Source of the DNA: a virus
Direction: 5' to 3' (one strand)
Length of the DNA: 64,000 nucleotides
Virus record (IMG/VR): IMGVR_UViG_3300022221_000006
Span: 10,180 to 74,179 of that record
Positions 43,835 through 53,664 of this stretch are shown here, one piece after another; position 1 is the stretch's first letter, and each line of letters begins with the position of its first letter. Both the position numbers and the translations under genes were made by a program. The notes beneath the pieces are model-generated. The model was given only the letters and a program-made list of their open reading frames with translations, was not told the origin of the DNA and did no database searches.

Positions 43835-44437
43835 ATGGATACTACTGATACTAGTTGGCGCTTCGAAGGTGCCGGTGAAGATTTCAAAAATCTCTGTTTA
43901 GCTTATCTAGGAGCAGCTTCTGAAGCAGAGCTAGCCGAGAAGGAAATGTATTGGATCCTTCCACACGGTAAACATTGTGAAGAGCTCTGGGAAATCCCTC
44001 CTGCTATCAATATTGAACTTGAATTCAAAGATGTTGGAAGACCGGCTGCGTATGATGAGAATGGTCTGCTAGAAGACGCAGGCTTTAGTATCGGATACGT
44101 AGCGTTTTGCACCTACAAAGGACGTAAGGTTATTCTTGAATGCAACGCGAGTCCTTATTGTATTCACTGGAAGAAGTCCGACTTTCCCGAAGTCTTTGAA
44201 AGCGATACTTCGACTGATCCACTAAAGGAAGCAGACCAATTATCCTATGAGGAGCGTTGTAAGCAATACCATATATATGAAGAAAGGGCGCATACACTAC
44301 AGCATCTCGTAAATATCGTAGGGAAAGCCGTCAATAATCTGCCAATCTCCAAAGTGACCTCTGATGGAATACTGTGCATGAGTGTTAGCTCGTATAATGC
44401 CTTGCTTGATACCTTGGACGAATTTGTTACGGAGTGA
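43835..44437 (+). CDS. Hypothetical protein
   Basis: Packed + strand ORF; start re-called from 43775. Confidence 0.6.
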   Translation: MDTTDTSWRFEGAGEDFKNLCLAYLGAASEAELAEKEMYWILPHGKHCEELWEIPPAINIELEFKDVGRPAAYDENGLLEDAGFSIGYVAFCTYKGRKVILECNASPYCIHWKKSDFPEVFESDTSTDPLKEADQLSYEERCKQYHIYEERAHTLQHLVNIVGKAVNNLPISKVTSDGILCMSVSSYNALLDTLDEFVTE

Positions 44438-44631
44438 TTACTATGGAGGACCCGGAAGAGATATATCTGCAACCAGAATGTTGCATTGAATCTAACACAG
44501 GGAGGTTGTGGTGTGAAGACGATATTGATGATTGTCGCGAAGGAAATCCGTGGGTTCGATATATCCGTGCCGATCTCGTTGAGAGACGCGCTACAGAGAT
44601 ATCGGAGCTGCAAGAAGTCGTAAAAGAATGA
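44434..44631 (+). CDS. Hypothetical protein
   Basis: PEEIYLQ...WCED....YIRADL, a small phage-protein motif. Confidence 0.65.
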   Translation: MITMEDPEEIYLQPECCIESNTGRLWCEDDIDDCREGNPWVRYIRADLVERRATEISELQEVVKE

Positions 44632-44891
44632 GTGAAAGAGTAAAAAGATATGACCATCTGCTCACTAGGGTAGAGTATCCGAGAGAAAGAGGTTACCGCA
44701 TGGAGGCTATCCGCCTGCCGAAATGGATTCATATACGTATCACTGACACGGAACACCATAAATACTTAACAGTACATTCTCGTATACATGTCAACAAAGA
44801 AGTCAGAGTTGGACCTAGCTATAGCTTAGCCTTTACTGACCATGAAATTATCAAGGAGCTGAGCAGCGACATAAGCTATCGGTTCCTTTAA
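44628..44891 (+). CDS. Hypothetical protein
   Basis: ATGA overlap. Confidence 0.55.
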   Translation: MSERVKRYDHLLTRVEYPRERGYRMEAIRLPKWIHIRITDTEHHKYLTVHSRIHVNKEVRVGPSYSLAFTDHEIIKELSSDISYRFL

Positions 44892-44908
44892 CTATTAGGA
44901 GACACTGA

Positions 44909-45379
44909 ATGCCAAGTGTAAAAGAAGAATGTCCTCTTTGCGAGGCTCGCAAAACTATGAAACGACTCCACGCTGAAAATAAGGATCTGATTAGCCGCAA
45001 TGCGTTTCTAAGACAGCGTCCAGATCTACCTGTCGACAGGATTCCTGCGTATGAAGAAATGAACAAGAAGATATCAGAGCTGGAGTGGAGGCTTATGATT
45101 GATACTCTGAATCCAAATAGACGACTACATCTTGAGGCGTTAGTGGCAAAGAATAAAAAGCTTGAAGAGGAACTGGAAAAGCTGAAAACACTGGTGGATA
45201 ATTCAGCAGATGCCTTTGAGTACTTTGAAACCATTGAAGCGATGGGTGACGATGGAACTATCGTCGGAGGTGAACATATAGAACTTCTCGTTAAGGCAGC
45301 TAGAATTTCCAAGGAGTATGTTTTAGAGGAGCAAGATAACGTTTTGTATGTAGTAGATTCAACACAGGAGAAACAGTAG
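44909..45379 (+). CDS. Hypothetical coiled-coil protein with CxxC
   Basis: AGGAG SD. Confidence 0.65.
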   Translation: MPSVKEECPLCEARKTMKRLHAENKDLISRNAFLRQRPDLPVDRIPAYEEMNKKISELEWRLMIDTLNPNRRLHLEALVAKNKKLEEELEKLKTLVDNSADAFEYFETIEAMGDDGTIVGGEHIELLVKAARISKEYVLEEQDNVLYVVDSTQEKQ

Positions 45380-45381
45380 TA

Positions 45382-45720
45382 ATGGATATCACGACGTTAA
45401 AGATAATTCCTCTCCTGGATGTCCTTTATGATCTGCAAGAGCTAGAATGTAAGACGTTTGGAATGGAAACTCCTCCAAAAGGACACTCCTTTAAATTACC
45501 AAACGGAGAGACTGGTATTAAGCAGAGACTATGGGAGATACTTCGAGAGCGTCACTGGGGAAATCAAGACTTTGGAAACGACAGACTCTATATAATTCCT
45601 GTAGAAGAGCTGGCGGAACTTCCCGGAGACATGTTAGTACTCATTACACGTTGCGTCGATGCTATCAATGAGCCTACGGACTCTCTACCCGCATGTCTCG
45701 TCTTTTATATTAGCTGGTAG
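45382..45720 (+). CDS. Hypothetical protein
   Basis: AGGAG SD. Confidence 0.65.
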   Translation: MDITTLKIIPLLDVLYDLQELECKTFGMETPPKGHSFKLPNGETGIKQRLWEILRERHWGNQDFGNDRLYIIPVEELAELPGDMLVLITRCVDAINEPTDSLPACLVFYISW

Positions 45721-45726
45721 GTATTT

Positions 45727-46143
45727 ATGAATACTATACACATCGCAACGTTGGTTGACTTCGCAGAAGCGATAGAGTCTGGAAAGAAACTTTTCTATAC
45801 AAACGGACTTCCTGTAGGTGAGAAAACACCATTAGGTGATATTAGAAACGCCATTGAGATGAAAAGGATCATACAATCGCCGTGGACCATTAACTTCGAG
45901 GACTATCGAGGATTTCTACCCACACCTATCCTTAAGGAACCTATTAAAGGAAGCCTCTACTATACTATTGTTGACGGTCGAGCCTCTGTAAAAGAATGGA
46001 CAGACTCAAATGCTGATTGGAGACTTCTCACTACAGGTTTTGTCTGGTATACAGATGAAGATGCAAACGGATTTCTGAAAGGAATGAAATTGCTTGTAGC
46101 TCATGTAGCAGGGGTTCCCTTACGAAAATCCAACGCGCAGTAA
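45727..46143 (+). CDS. Hypothetical protein
   Basis: AGGT SD; packed ORF. Confidence 0.65.
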   Translation: MNTIHIATLVDFAEAIESGKKLFYTNGLPVGEKTPLGDIRNAIEMKRIIQSPWTINFEDYRGFLPTPILKEPIKGSLYYTIVDGRASVKEWTDSNADWRLLTTGFVWYTDEDANGFLKGMKLLVAHVAGVPLRKSNAQ

Positions 46144-46208
46144 GTCGGGGTTGGTTGCACTTGTGTCTGCGGACAAGTAATATTATAAAACTATCGCTCG
46201 CATCGATC

Positions 46209-46224
46209 CCGGAAAAGTAACCGG
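46209..46224 (+). repeat. CCGG hairpin element, copy 4
   Basis: CTATCGCTCGCATCGATC followed by CCGGAAAAGTAACCGG; ~34 bp nearly identical to 41311-41342. Confidence 0.65.
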
Positions 46225-46509
46225 AGTCTCTGACTTAGAGACAGACCACGTCCTAATAAAATGGGAGAATAAAATGTGAATCAGGGGAGGACTGCGGCCT
46301 AGATGTCCGTAGATAGCCGTTTTTAAGATAGTAGGCGAACAATAAAAACAAGAGACCTGTTGAGGTTTCGATAATATGACTTCGAGTCTGCAGCAACTAG
46401 GCAGATCAAGTACGTATTTTCAACTGTGAAAGAAGCCTCCTTCTGGTCGATGTCTGCTAGCGGCATTCAGAAGGAGGTTGTATTAACTTAAAATAAATAG
46501 GAGCGTACG

Positions 46510-46674
46510 ATGATACGTGCAGTACTTGTAGGTGGTAGATGGTTAGCATTACAGATAAGAGACGTTGAAGATGACATTCAGAACATCAATACTTTTCTTG
46601 AATCTAGTGAATGCGTTTTATTAGTAGAAGATCTAGAGGATATACCTCCTGGCTTTGAAGTGGAGATGGTGTAG
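46510..46674 (+). CDS. Small hypothetical protein (54 aa, below cutoff)
   Basis: AGGAG SD; stop overlaps the next start. Confidence 0.55.
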   Translation: MIRAVLVGGRWLALQIRDVEDDIQNINTFLESSECVLLVEDLEDIPPGFEVEMV

Positions 46675-47309
46675 TGATAGATTCATTTTCATTACCCACG
46701 AGGGCAGCAGAAGTAAATAGATGGGCAGGAAAGCATCTCATAGGGCGTCGAATGAATATTAGCGAACATAGTTTCGAGGTCGCCTTTTACTCACTTCTTC
46801 TCTATCAATTAGTGGAACAGCATCTGGAGGACGCTGTTTCCTGTAAGAGAGAAGCTGATAAGGCTCACTATATAGGAAATAGAGCTATGTTGAAAATTGT
46901 CCAGGCGATGCAGGGAGAGGTACTAGAATATGCGCTGGTGCATGACATCGCTGAGATCGTCACAGGAGATATTCCTCATGATGTGAAAAAGTCATATCCT
47001 GAGTTTAAATCTCTCCTGAAACAAATTGAGGCAGATTTTATGCGCAAGCACTTGCCTGCGTTTATGAAAACGTATGATCCTCTGGTAGTATTCATTGTTA
47101 AGGCCGCTGATACATATGCGGCCTTTCGGGAGTACTTGCAAGAAGAAAAGTATGGAAATACACTACCGGATGTCTATGAAAATATTATAGAGGCCTTTGA
47201 GACTCTATTCGACACGGAACCGGATGTACCTCAGATATGCAAAAAATCTATCTGGGGAATTCTTCTTGAACTGGGTGCTCCTGTACCCTCTCAATTACAA
47301 CTCGGATGA
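46674..47309 (+). CDS. HD-domain deoxynucleotide phosphohydrolase (YfbR/DatZ superfamily)
   Basis: RW...NISEHSF.VA, ALVHDIAEIVTGDIP..VK, VKAAD. Confidence 0.85.
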   Translation: MIDSFSLPTRAAEVNRWAGKHLIGRRMNISEHSFEVAFYSLLLYQLVEQHLEDAVSCKREADKAHYIGNRAMLKIVQAMQGEVLEYALVHDIAEIVTGDIPHDVKKSYPEFKSLLKQIEADFMRKHLPAFMKTYDPLVVFIVKAADTYAAFREYLQEEKYGNTLPDVYENIIEAFETLFDTEPDVPQICKKSIWGILLELGAPVPSQLQLG

Positions 47310-47316
47310 GAAAACT

Positions 47317-48171
47317 ATGGCAGTTCGGTTAATAATAGATGGCGATGTTCAATGTCATTCTGCATGTCGATACTCAGACTGGATAAGTCTTGTAAAAAAG
47401 ATTGAAGGCGAATTCAAAGAAGTTCGACAGTATGACAGTGAGGGTGCATTCATTCCTCCTAAGCACACACGCCCTGAAGAAAGAAAGTATATGGAGGATT
47501 CTTGGAAAAATTTCAAGAAGGATCTTGATGGTATCTTGAAGAAGTTTTTCACAAACGACTTTAAAATGGCCGTAAAGGGTGAGGGTAATTTCAGAGATGA
47601 TATGTATCCTGACTACAAACAAAACCGAAAGAATCAAGAAGCGGTATTAAAGGCTAAGGGTGAAACACGACGTAAGTATGTAAACGGTGTTCGCGACTTA
47701 GCAATAATGGAAGGACTTGCAGTACCTGCTGATGGGATGGAGGCAGATGACTACGTCAGAATATGGGCTGAAGAGGCTCGACAAGAAGGACAAGACTTCA
47801 TTATCGTCACAATCGATAAGGATCTTAAATGCATCCCAGGACGACATTACAATCCTTCAAAGAAAGAACTCATTACAATGTCAGAAGCAGATTCACTCCG
47901 GTTCTTCTATCAACAATTACTCAGTGGAGACCCTACTGATAATATCCCAGGAATCCCAGGAATAGCTGAGAAGACTGCAACTAAGGAATTAATGCATTGT
48001 ATGTCTGAAGAGGAGTTTCAGGAAAATGTTGTAGGAAATTATATCGCGGCGTATCAGGAAGAGTGGTATGCAGCATTGACGTTTAATGGTGCTCTTCTGT
48101 ATATTTTAAAATCAGCCGATGACAAATTTACCATCGATCATTGGCCTATCGTCAAGGAGTTAACGAGTTAA
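47317..48171 (+). CDS. 5'-3' exonuclease (T7 gp6/FEN-like)
   Basis: LIIDGD, NFR....PDYKQNR, EADD, DKDL, GDPTDNIPGIPGI. Confidence 0.9.
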   Translation: MAVRLIIDGDVQCHSACRYSDWISLVKKIEGEFKEVRQYDSEGAFIPPKHTRPEERKYMEDSWKNFKKDLDGILKKFFTNDFKMAVKGEGNFRDDMYPDYKQNRKNQEAVLKAKGETRRKYVNGVRDLAIMEGLAVPADGMEADDYVRIWAEEARQEGQDFIIVTIDKDLKCIPGRHYNPSKKELITMSEADSLRFFYQQLLSGDPTDNIPGIPGIAEKTATKELMHCMSEEEFQENVVGNYIAAYQEEWYAALTFNGALLYILKSADDKFTIDHWPIVKELTS

Positions 48172-48636
48172 ATGTCTGATATATCTGTTCCCGGTGTAAA
48201 GAAGAAAAGAGCTCTATACCATAACGGTCATTGGAAGTTTCCTAAGAAGATGGGAAACGGTGTTGGTTTTATCTATGTCATCCGAGACAACGCTTTGAAG
48301 CGATTCTATCTCGGTAAGAAACTATATATCTCAAATTCAGGCAAGAAACTGAATTGGAAGTACTACAAGTCGTCTTCAACGCTGCTTCACGATATGTTCG
48401 AGGCACGAGGCGAGAATGAGTTCGATTTCATCGTGCTCGACGAGTACAAAACAAGAAGCGGTCTTTCGTATGCAGAAACATGGTCTCTTTGTTTCGTAGA
48501 TTCACCCCTCTCGAATACCTGGTTTAATACCCGCATCGAGAGAATTACATGGAATGTCACGGAACCTGTGACGGATACACATAAGCGTAGACTACATAGG
48601 TCTATCGCACTTGAAAATAGTTTAGAGGAATACTGA
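48172..48636 (+). CDS. GIY-YIG endonuclease
   Basis: GFIYVI.......YLGKK, WKYYKSSS, E, WFN. Confidence 0.75.
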   Translation: MSDISVPGVKKKRALYHNGHWKFPKKMGNGVGFIYVIRDNALKRFYLGKKLYISNSGKKLNWKYYKSSSTLLHDMFEARGENEFDFIVLDEYKTRSGLSYAETWSLCFVDSPLSNTWFNTRIERITWNVTEPVTDTHKRRLHRSIALENSLEEY

Positions 48637-48878
48637 TGTTTCAATTTATTGTACACAAGCTGCTAGCTCTCACAGCAGTTGTAATAATGTTCAGCCAAGG
48701 GTTTTCGGCTTTTCAGGCCGGTCTTGAAATAGGGTTCAGCGAAATAGATCGACTGGATTGGTTGTTTCTGGCTATCTCAGCGGTAATGATATCCGCTATG
48801 TCTGAGCCACCTAAAAAGGGAGGTGTTGAGGGTGAGCCACCTAAAAAGGGAGGTGTTGAGGGTAAGCCAAATGAGTAA
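48636..48878 (+). CDS. Small membrane protein with tandem decapeptide repeat
   Basis: Two hydrophobic segments; EPPKKGGVEG x2. Confidence 0.6.
   Translation: MFQFIVHKLLALTAVVIMFSQGFSAFQAGLEIGFSEIDRLDWLFLAISAVMISAMSEPPKKGGVEGEPPKKGGVEGKPNE
48804..48863 (+). repeat. 30-bp perfect tandem duplication
   Basis: GAGCCACCTAAAAAGGGAGGTGTTGAGGGT x2. Confidence 0.95.
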
Positions 48879-50562
48879 TATCGTCCTGAAGAACCAGCCG
48901 TGTGTAGATACCGAGGGCTGTGGATCGAGTGACGCCTTGCAAATCTATGAAGCAGGGGACGGCTTTTGTTTCTCCTGTAGTAAGAAGTTTAAGAAAGAAG
49001 AAATAGCGGGAGCCTCTACAGGGGTGGTGTTCAAAAAGAAACCTTCAAATCAAATGATTAAATGGGACCCTGACGAGGAACTCGAAAAAGTAAAGGATTA
49101 TCCCATCAGAGGTTTCGTGGAGCGAAATATCAATAAACCTATTACAACCTTCTATGGAGTAAAGGTGTCGTATAACGGTGACGGTGATATAAATAAACAT
49201 TACTATCCGTATGACGGAGGTCTTGCATACCACGTCAGAAAGGTATTACCTGACAAAGACTTCTTCTGGATAAAAGAGTCGAAAAGTCTCTTCGGTAAGG
49301 AGTTATTCAATCCCGGAGGAAAACGACTCGTAATCTGTGAAGGTGAAATTGACACAATGGCTGTGGCAAAAGCATCTTATGAGAAATATGGAAAATTCTA
49401 CCCTGTCATTGGTATTGCAGGATCTTCTATGACAGAAGCTCTTCTAGAAGCGCGCGATTGGATACGCTCGTTTCAGGAAGTTATTATATGTTTTGACGAG
49501 GATGAGCCTGGTCAAAAAGCTGTCTCAAAAGCCCTTAAAATCATAGGGCTTGATAAGGCAAAAATTACACGCCTTCCTGAGAATGATGCAGGCGCTGTAT
49601 TGTTAGAACACGGTCACAAGGCCTTAATGCAATGTATTTTTGATGCAGCCTCTTTTGTACCGTCAGGATTTATTACCAAAGAAGCTCTTTGGGACTCTTT
49701 GGTTGAGTATAACTCAAAAGTTTCCACACCTTATCCCTTCTGTATTAATTCACTTAATGAGAAACTTAAAGGGCGTAGAGGAGGTGATATTGCATTATTT
49801 ATTTCTGGAACAGGTTCAGGAAAGAGTACCCTGATCCGAGAGATAGGATTAGATATAATTCAAAACTCAGATGAGAAGATAGGAATTGTAAATCTTGAAG
49901 AGTCTCCTCATGAGACTGCCCGAAAATTTGCAGGAATGGCTCTTATGAGAAATCCTGCTGATGAAGAGATTCCTATCGATGAGTTGAAGCCAGGCTTTGA
50001 TGAAGTGTTTGGAGATGATAGATGCCTTGTATTAGATCATCAAGGCTCCATGAATGATAGTTCAATCATTGATAAACTTGAATATATGGCACTGTCAGGG
50101 TACACCAGTATCTTTATTGACCATATCACAATTCTAGTCTCAGAAGGAGTTGAGAATCTAACAGGCAACGAGGCTCAGGACAAAGTAATGAATGACCTAT
50201 TGAGGCTTGTCAAGCGATATCCAGATGTTTGGATAGGTCTTGTAAGTCATCTAAGGAAAGTACCTGGTGGTACTGTGTCATTTGAAGAAGGCAAGATGCC
50301 TACAATGGATGATATTCGAGGCTCTGGCTCAATAAAGCAGGTATCAATGGATATTATTGCTTTCGCCAGAAATATGGTAGCTGAGACCGTTGAGGAAAGA
50401 AATAGAATTGATATGAGAGTGCTCAAATGTCGCTTTACAGGGCTTACTGGTGATGTAGACCCTGCATTCTATGACTTCCCAACTGGAAGGCTTACAGCTG
50501 ATGTTCCAGATATCCCCGAGAAAGAGGAAACATCAGAACAAACTGAGTTTACAAAGGTTTAA
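48871..50562 (+). CDS. Primase-helicase (T7 gp4-like)
   Basis: Zn ribbon C..CGSSD..FCFSC, TOPRIM EGEID and FDED, Walker A GTGSGKST, IDHI, LVSHL, RGSGSIKQ, LKCRFTG. Confidence 0.95.
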   Translation: MSNIVLKNQPCVDTEGCGSSDALQIYEAGDGFCFSCSKKFKKEEIAGASTGVVFKKKPSNQMIKWDPDEELEKVKDYPIRGFVERNINKPITTFYGVKVSYNGDGDINKHYYPYDGGLAYHVRKVLPDKDFFWIKESKSLFGKELFNPGGKRLVICEGEIDTMAVAKASYEKYGKFYPVIGIAGSSMTEALLEARDWIRSFQEVIICFDEDEPGQKAVSKALKIIGLDKAKITRLPENDAGAVLLEHGHKALMQCIFDAASFVPSGFITKEALWDSLVEYNSKVSTPYPFCINSLNEKLKGRRGGDIALFISGTGSGKSTLIREIGLDIIQNSDEKIGIVNLEESPHETARKFAGMALMRNPADEEIPIDELKPGFDEVFGDDRCLVLDHQGSMNDSSIIDKLEYMALSGYTSIFIDHITILVSEGVENLTGNEAQDKVMNDLLRLVKRYPDVWIGLVSHLRKVPGGTVSFEEGKMPTMDDIRGSGSIKQVSMDIIAFARNMVAETVEERNRIDMRVLKCRFTGLTGDVDPAFYDFPTGRLTADVPDIPEKEETSEQTEFTKV

Positions 50563-50567
50563 AATAA

Positions 50568-52541
50568 ATGATAACAGTTGAAGATCTACCCGAAATTGAT
50601 ACCCCTTGGAGCACTGTGGGGTACCTAACATTTAAGAGAACTTACGCTCGTAAGTTTGAAGACATATCAGAAGAAGAGGCCGATGAGTCCCTTCTTGACA
50701 TGAACGCCCCTACAGAAGAATTCGAAGACACGGTCGTTCGCGTAATTAACGGATGCGATAAGCAATTCGGTTGCGGATTTACGCAAGAAGAAGAGATACG
50801 TCTTGCTACATATTTCTTGGAGTTAAAGGCAAGTGTAGCGGGTAGAATGTGGTGGCAGGCTGGTACAAAGACAGTCGATAAATATGGATTAGCATCGATG
50901 CAGAATTGTGCATTCACAGTAGTGGATCACCCTATAAGACCCTTTACATGGTGTATGGATATGCTGGCAGTAGGGGCAGGTGTTGGGTATAATATTCAAC
51001 AGAAACATGTAGATAAAATACCTGCAGTAAAGGAGTGGTTTGAAGCTCCTACACGATTTGATGATGGCGGCGCTGACTTCATTGTCCCCGACTCACGTGA
51101 AGGCTGGGTAAGACTATTAGGGAAAACCCTGAAGGCGGCATTTCTGTCACACTCAGAAGAAAAAGGAACATTCACTTATTCAACGCAAGTAATACGTGGG
51201 AAGGGGACACCTATTAAAGGGTTCGGTGGTACAGCCAGTGGTCCTGAAGACCTTGTATGGGGAATTGGAGAAATTAGCAAAATCCTCAGTAAAAGAAAAG
51301 GAGCGCGTATACGGCCTATAGACGCTCTTGATATCATGAACATCATCGGCTACATCATTGTGGCTGGGAATGTACGGAGATCAGCTCAAATTGCGATAGG
51401 TGACCCTGATGATGTTGAATTCCTCCTTGCAAAGAGGTGGGACCTAGATGACGTAATGATTCCGAAATGGAGAAGTATGTCAAATAATAGTGTAGCTTGT
51501 AGCGATATTGACGATCTACACCCTTTCTTTTGGGAAGGCTATTCTGGCAATGGAGAGCCATATGGTCTGATCAATCTCCCATTGTCACGAGGTTGCGGTC
51601 GATTGGGTGAGACTCAGTATCCTGACCCCAAGGTTGAGGGCTACAACCCGTGTGCGGAGCAGTCGCTTGAGCCTTACGAGACATGTTGTCTTGCAGAGGT
51701 ATTTCTTCCGAATGTAGAATCAAAGGAAGAATTGATGGATATTACAAAGTTGTTATATCGTATCAATAAGCATTCACTGATGTTACCTTCGCACCATCCA
51801 GAAACCACGGAAGTTGTACATAGAAATCTACGGATGGGAATAGGGTTGACAGGTATTATGCAAGCCCTACCTGAGCAGCTCGAATGGCTTGATGACGTCT
51901 ATAGTGAGCTTCGACGATTCGATGAGTATTATTCAAAGAAAAACAATCTGTCAAAGTCTATAAAGTTGACAACAATAAAACCTAGCGGCACACTCTCGCT
52001 ACTACCTGGAGTTACTCCCGGAGCACATCCAGGGTATGCTCGTTTTATGTACAGACGTATCAGCATTGGTGCTGATAATTCACTCGTAAAGGTCTGTAAG
52101 GATCACGGATATCCTATTGAGTTTAAAAGGAACATGGATGGCACAGAAGACTACGGAACTGTCATCGTTACATTTCCTTTTAAGTTTCCTTCGCATGCAA
52201 TACTTGCGGACGATGTTGACGTAATTCAGCAGTTAAAGACAGTTAAGCTGTTACAGACTGTATGGTCTGATAACAGTGTCTCCTGCTCAATATATTACAA
52301 CAAGGATGACGTACCACGAATAAAGGAATATTTAAAAGAAAACTATAGAAACTGCCACAAAAGTCTCTCCTTTCTATTACAGAGAGGGCATGGTTTTGAC
52401 CAGGCTCCTTACGAGGAAATCTCTGAGGAGACCTATAATAAACTTGCAGCAGAGACCCAACCGATCTCTAATATTAGCTCCGTCGGGAGTTTGGATATCG
52501 GTGACGAAGAATGCGAAGGGGGTGCTTGTCCCATTCGTTGA
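50568..52541 (+). CDS. nrdJ: Class II (B12-dependent) ribonucleotide reductase
   Basis: RTYAR, QNC, GNVRRSA, NPCAE, TTIKPSGT, C-terminal CEGGACPIR; no R2 subunit gene adjacent. Confidence 0.9.
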   Translation: MITVEDLPEIDTPWSTVGYLTFKRTYARKFEDISEEEADESLLDMNAPTEEFEDTVVRVINGCDKQFGCGFTQEEEIRLATYFLELKASVAGRMWWQAGTKTVDKYGLASMQNCAFTVVDHPIRPFTWCMDMLAVGAGVGYNIQQKHVDKIPAVKEWFEAPTRFDDGGADFIVPDSREGWVRLLGKTLKAAFLSHSEEKGTFTYSTQVIRGKGTPIKGFGGTASGPEDLVWGIGEISKILSKRKGARIRPIDALDIMNIIGYIIVAGNVRRSAQIAIGDPDDVEFLLAKRWDLDDVMIPKWRSMSNNSVACSDIDDLHPFFWEGYSGNGEPYGLINLPLSRGCGRLGETQYPDPKVEGYNPCAEQSLEPYETCCLAEVFLPNVESKEELMDITKLLYRINKHSLMLPSHHPETTEVVHRNLRMGIGLTGIMQALPEQLEWLDDVYSELRRFDEYYSKKNNLSKSIKLTTIKPSGTLSLLPGVTPGAHPGYARFMYRRISIGADNSLVKVCKDHGYPIEFKRNMDGTEDYGTVIVTFPFKFPSHAILADDVDVIQQLKTVKLLQTVWSDNSVSCSIYYNKDDVPRIKEYLKENYRNCHKSLSFLLQRGHGFDQAPYEEISEETYNKLAAETQPISNISSVGSLDIGDEECEGGACPIR

Positions 52542-52551
52542 TCCATAACAA

Positions 52552-52575
52552 GAGCCCCTCTCCATGGAGGGGCTT
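52552..52575 (+). terminator. Terminator-like hairpin
   Basis: AGCCCCTC-TCCATG-GAGGGGCT. Confidence 0.6.
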
Positions 52576-52598
52576 AAAATTTTAAAGGGTAAGAATAG

Positions 52599-52841
52599 AT
52601 GGAAGACATCTTTATAGAAGAAGCATGGGAACTGTATTGTTACGAAATGGAAGGTATTGAAGAGACTGTGAGTAAGTTTAGTGACCTAGCACCGAGAGTT
52701 CAAGGTTACTATTTATGGCGATCTATTATGGGAGGTGATATGAGCTATAATCAATATTCGCACACAGGCACTTTACCAAAATCACATCGTGACTTACCGA
52801 GTCCCAAAGTTGTTCTTCGAAAGAAAAAATCAAAAATCTAA
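52599..52841 (+). CDS. Hypothetical protein
   Basis: Packed + strand ORF. Confidence 0.55.
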   Translation: MEDIFIEEAWELYCYEMEGIEETVSKFSDLAPRVQGYYLWRSIMGGDMSYNQYSHTGTLPKSHRDLPSPKVVLRKKKSKI

Positions 52842-52854
52842 GGGTATAAATTAA

Positions 52855-53664
52855 ATGACAAACAATGTATTAATTGAAGGGCTAACCTGCTATAGATGTG
52901 AAAGTAAGAGCGTAAGTCTCTACTCAGACCGTTCTGGGTTCTGCTTCTCTTGCACAAGCAAATTATATGGAGTACGTACGTCCATAACGACGGTTGTATG
53001 TTTACACTTCATAGAAACTGTGGCCGCCTTATCAACGAAAAAACTGCTCTCCGCTCGTTCTGTGAGGCATATGCCAGGAGGACGTCGCCTGTGGACTGTT
53101 TGCAATCGACTTGGTTTTATAAACTTCGGGAGGTGGACACAGGGAGAACCTACGATGGAAATGGCTAAACATCTGCACTCTGAGTATCATGAGTATAAAT
53201 CTACTGCCCCTATTATATCAAAGGTAGGCTCTCCTGAGCACGTACAGAAATGGACAGAGAATGCTCTGAAATGGTTGGAGGAAGTATATATTCGTGCGCT
53301 TATGGATAAGGACGGGCAATACAAATGTAGTGACGTCTCAGGACTGTCAGGAGGTCCTTCCTTCAATGTCTGCGCAGCTCGTATAGGTCTTATCAATAAG
53401 GTGGGTGGAGAATTTTTCTGGCCAGACCTCCAGACTGAACCTACCGAAGAGGACGCTGAGCGGCTGGCAAGAGCGTATATCGCCTATCAACATAAACGTC
53501 CCGTTGCCGCTGAGAGGGTCACAGAAGAAGTGGCTCCCGTTGAGGTAGCAGAGCTTGAACGTTCTGTGTTTGAACCTAAGGATTATTCAGGTATAGGTGC
53601 TCTTGAAAAAGTTGACTTAATGCTCGAAAAATTAGACCGTATACTGTTTCACATATACGAGTAA
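52855..53664 (+). CDS. Protein with primase-like Zn ribbon and internal repeat
   Basis: CYRC...Y....FCFSC; repeated RLGFIN..EPT.E / RIGLIN..EPT.E. Confidence 0.65.
   Translation: MTNNVLIEGLTCYRCESKSVSLYSDRSGFCFSCTSKLYGVRTSITTVVCLHFIETVAALSTKKLLSARSVRHMPGGRRLWTVCNRLGFINFGRWTQGEPTMEMAKHLHSEYHEYKSTAPIISKVGSPEHVQKWTENALKWLEEVYIRALMDKDGQYKCSDVSGLSGGPSFNVCAARIGLINKVGGEFFWPDLQTEPTEEDAERLARAYIAYQHKRPVAAERVTEEVAPVEVAELERSVFEPKDYSGIGALEKVDLMLEKLDRILFHIYE

Noticed and set aside
41249-46509. tRNA or tmRNA genes in the structured intergenic regions
   Set aside because: No T-arm GTTCRA with acceptor stem/CCA or tmRNA termini seen by eye. A tRNAscan/ARAGORN run is still advisable.
48172-48636. Intron-encoded homing endonuclease
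   Set aside because: Free-standing, flanking genes are uninterrupted, and it is more consistent with a host-DNA-degrading GIY-YIG nuclease.
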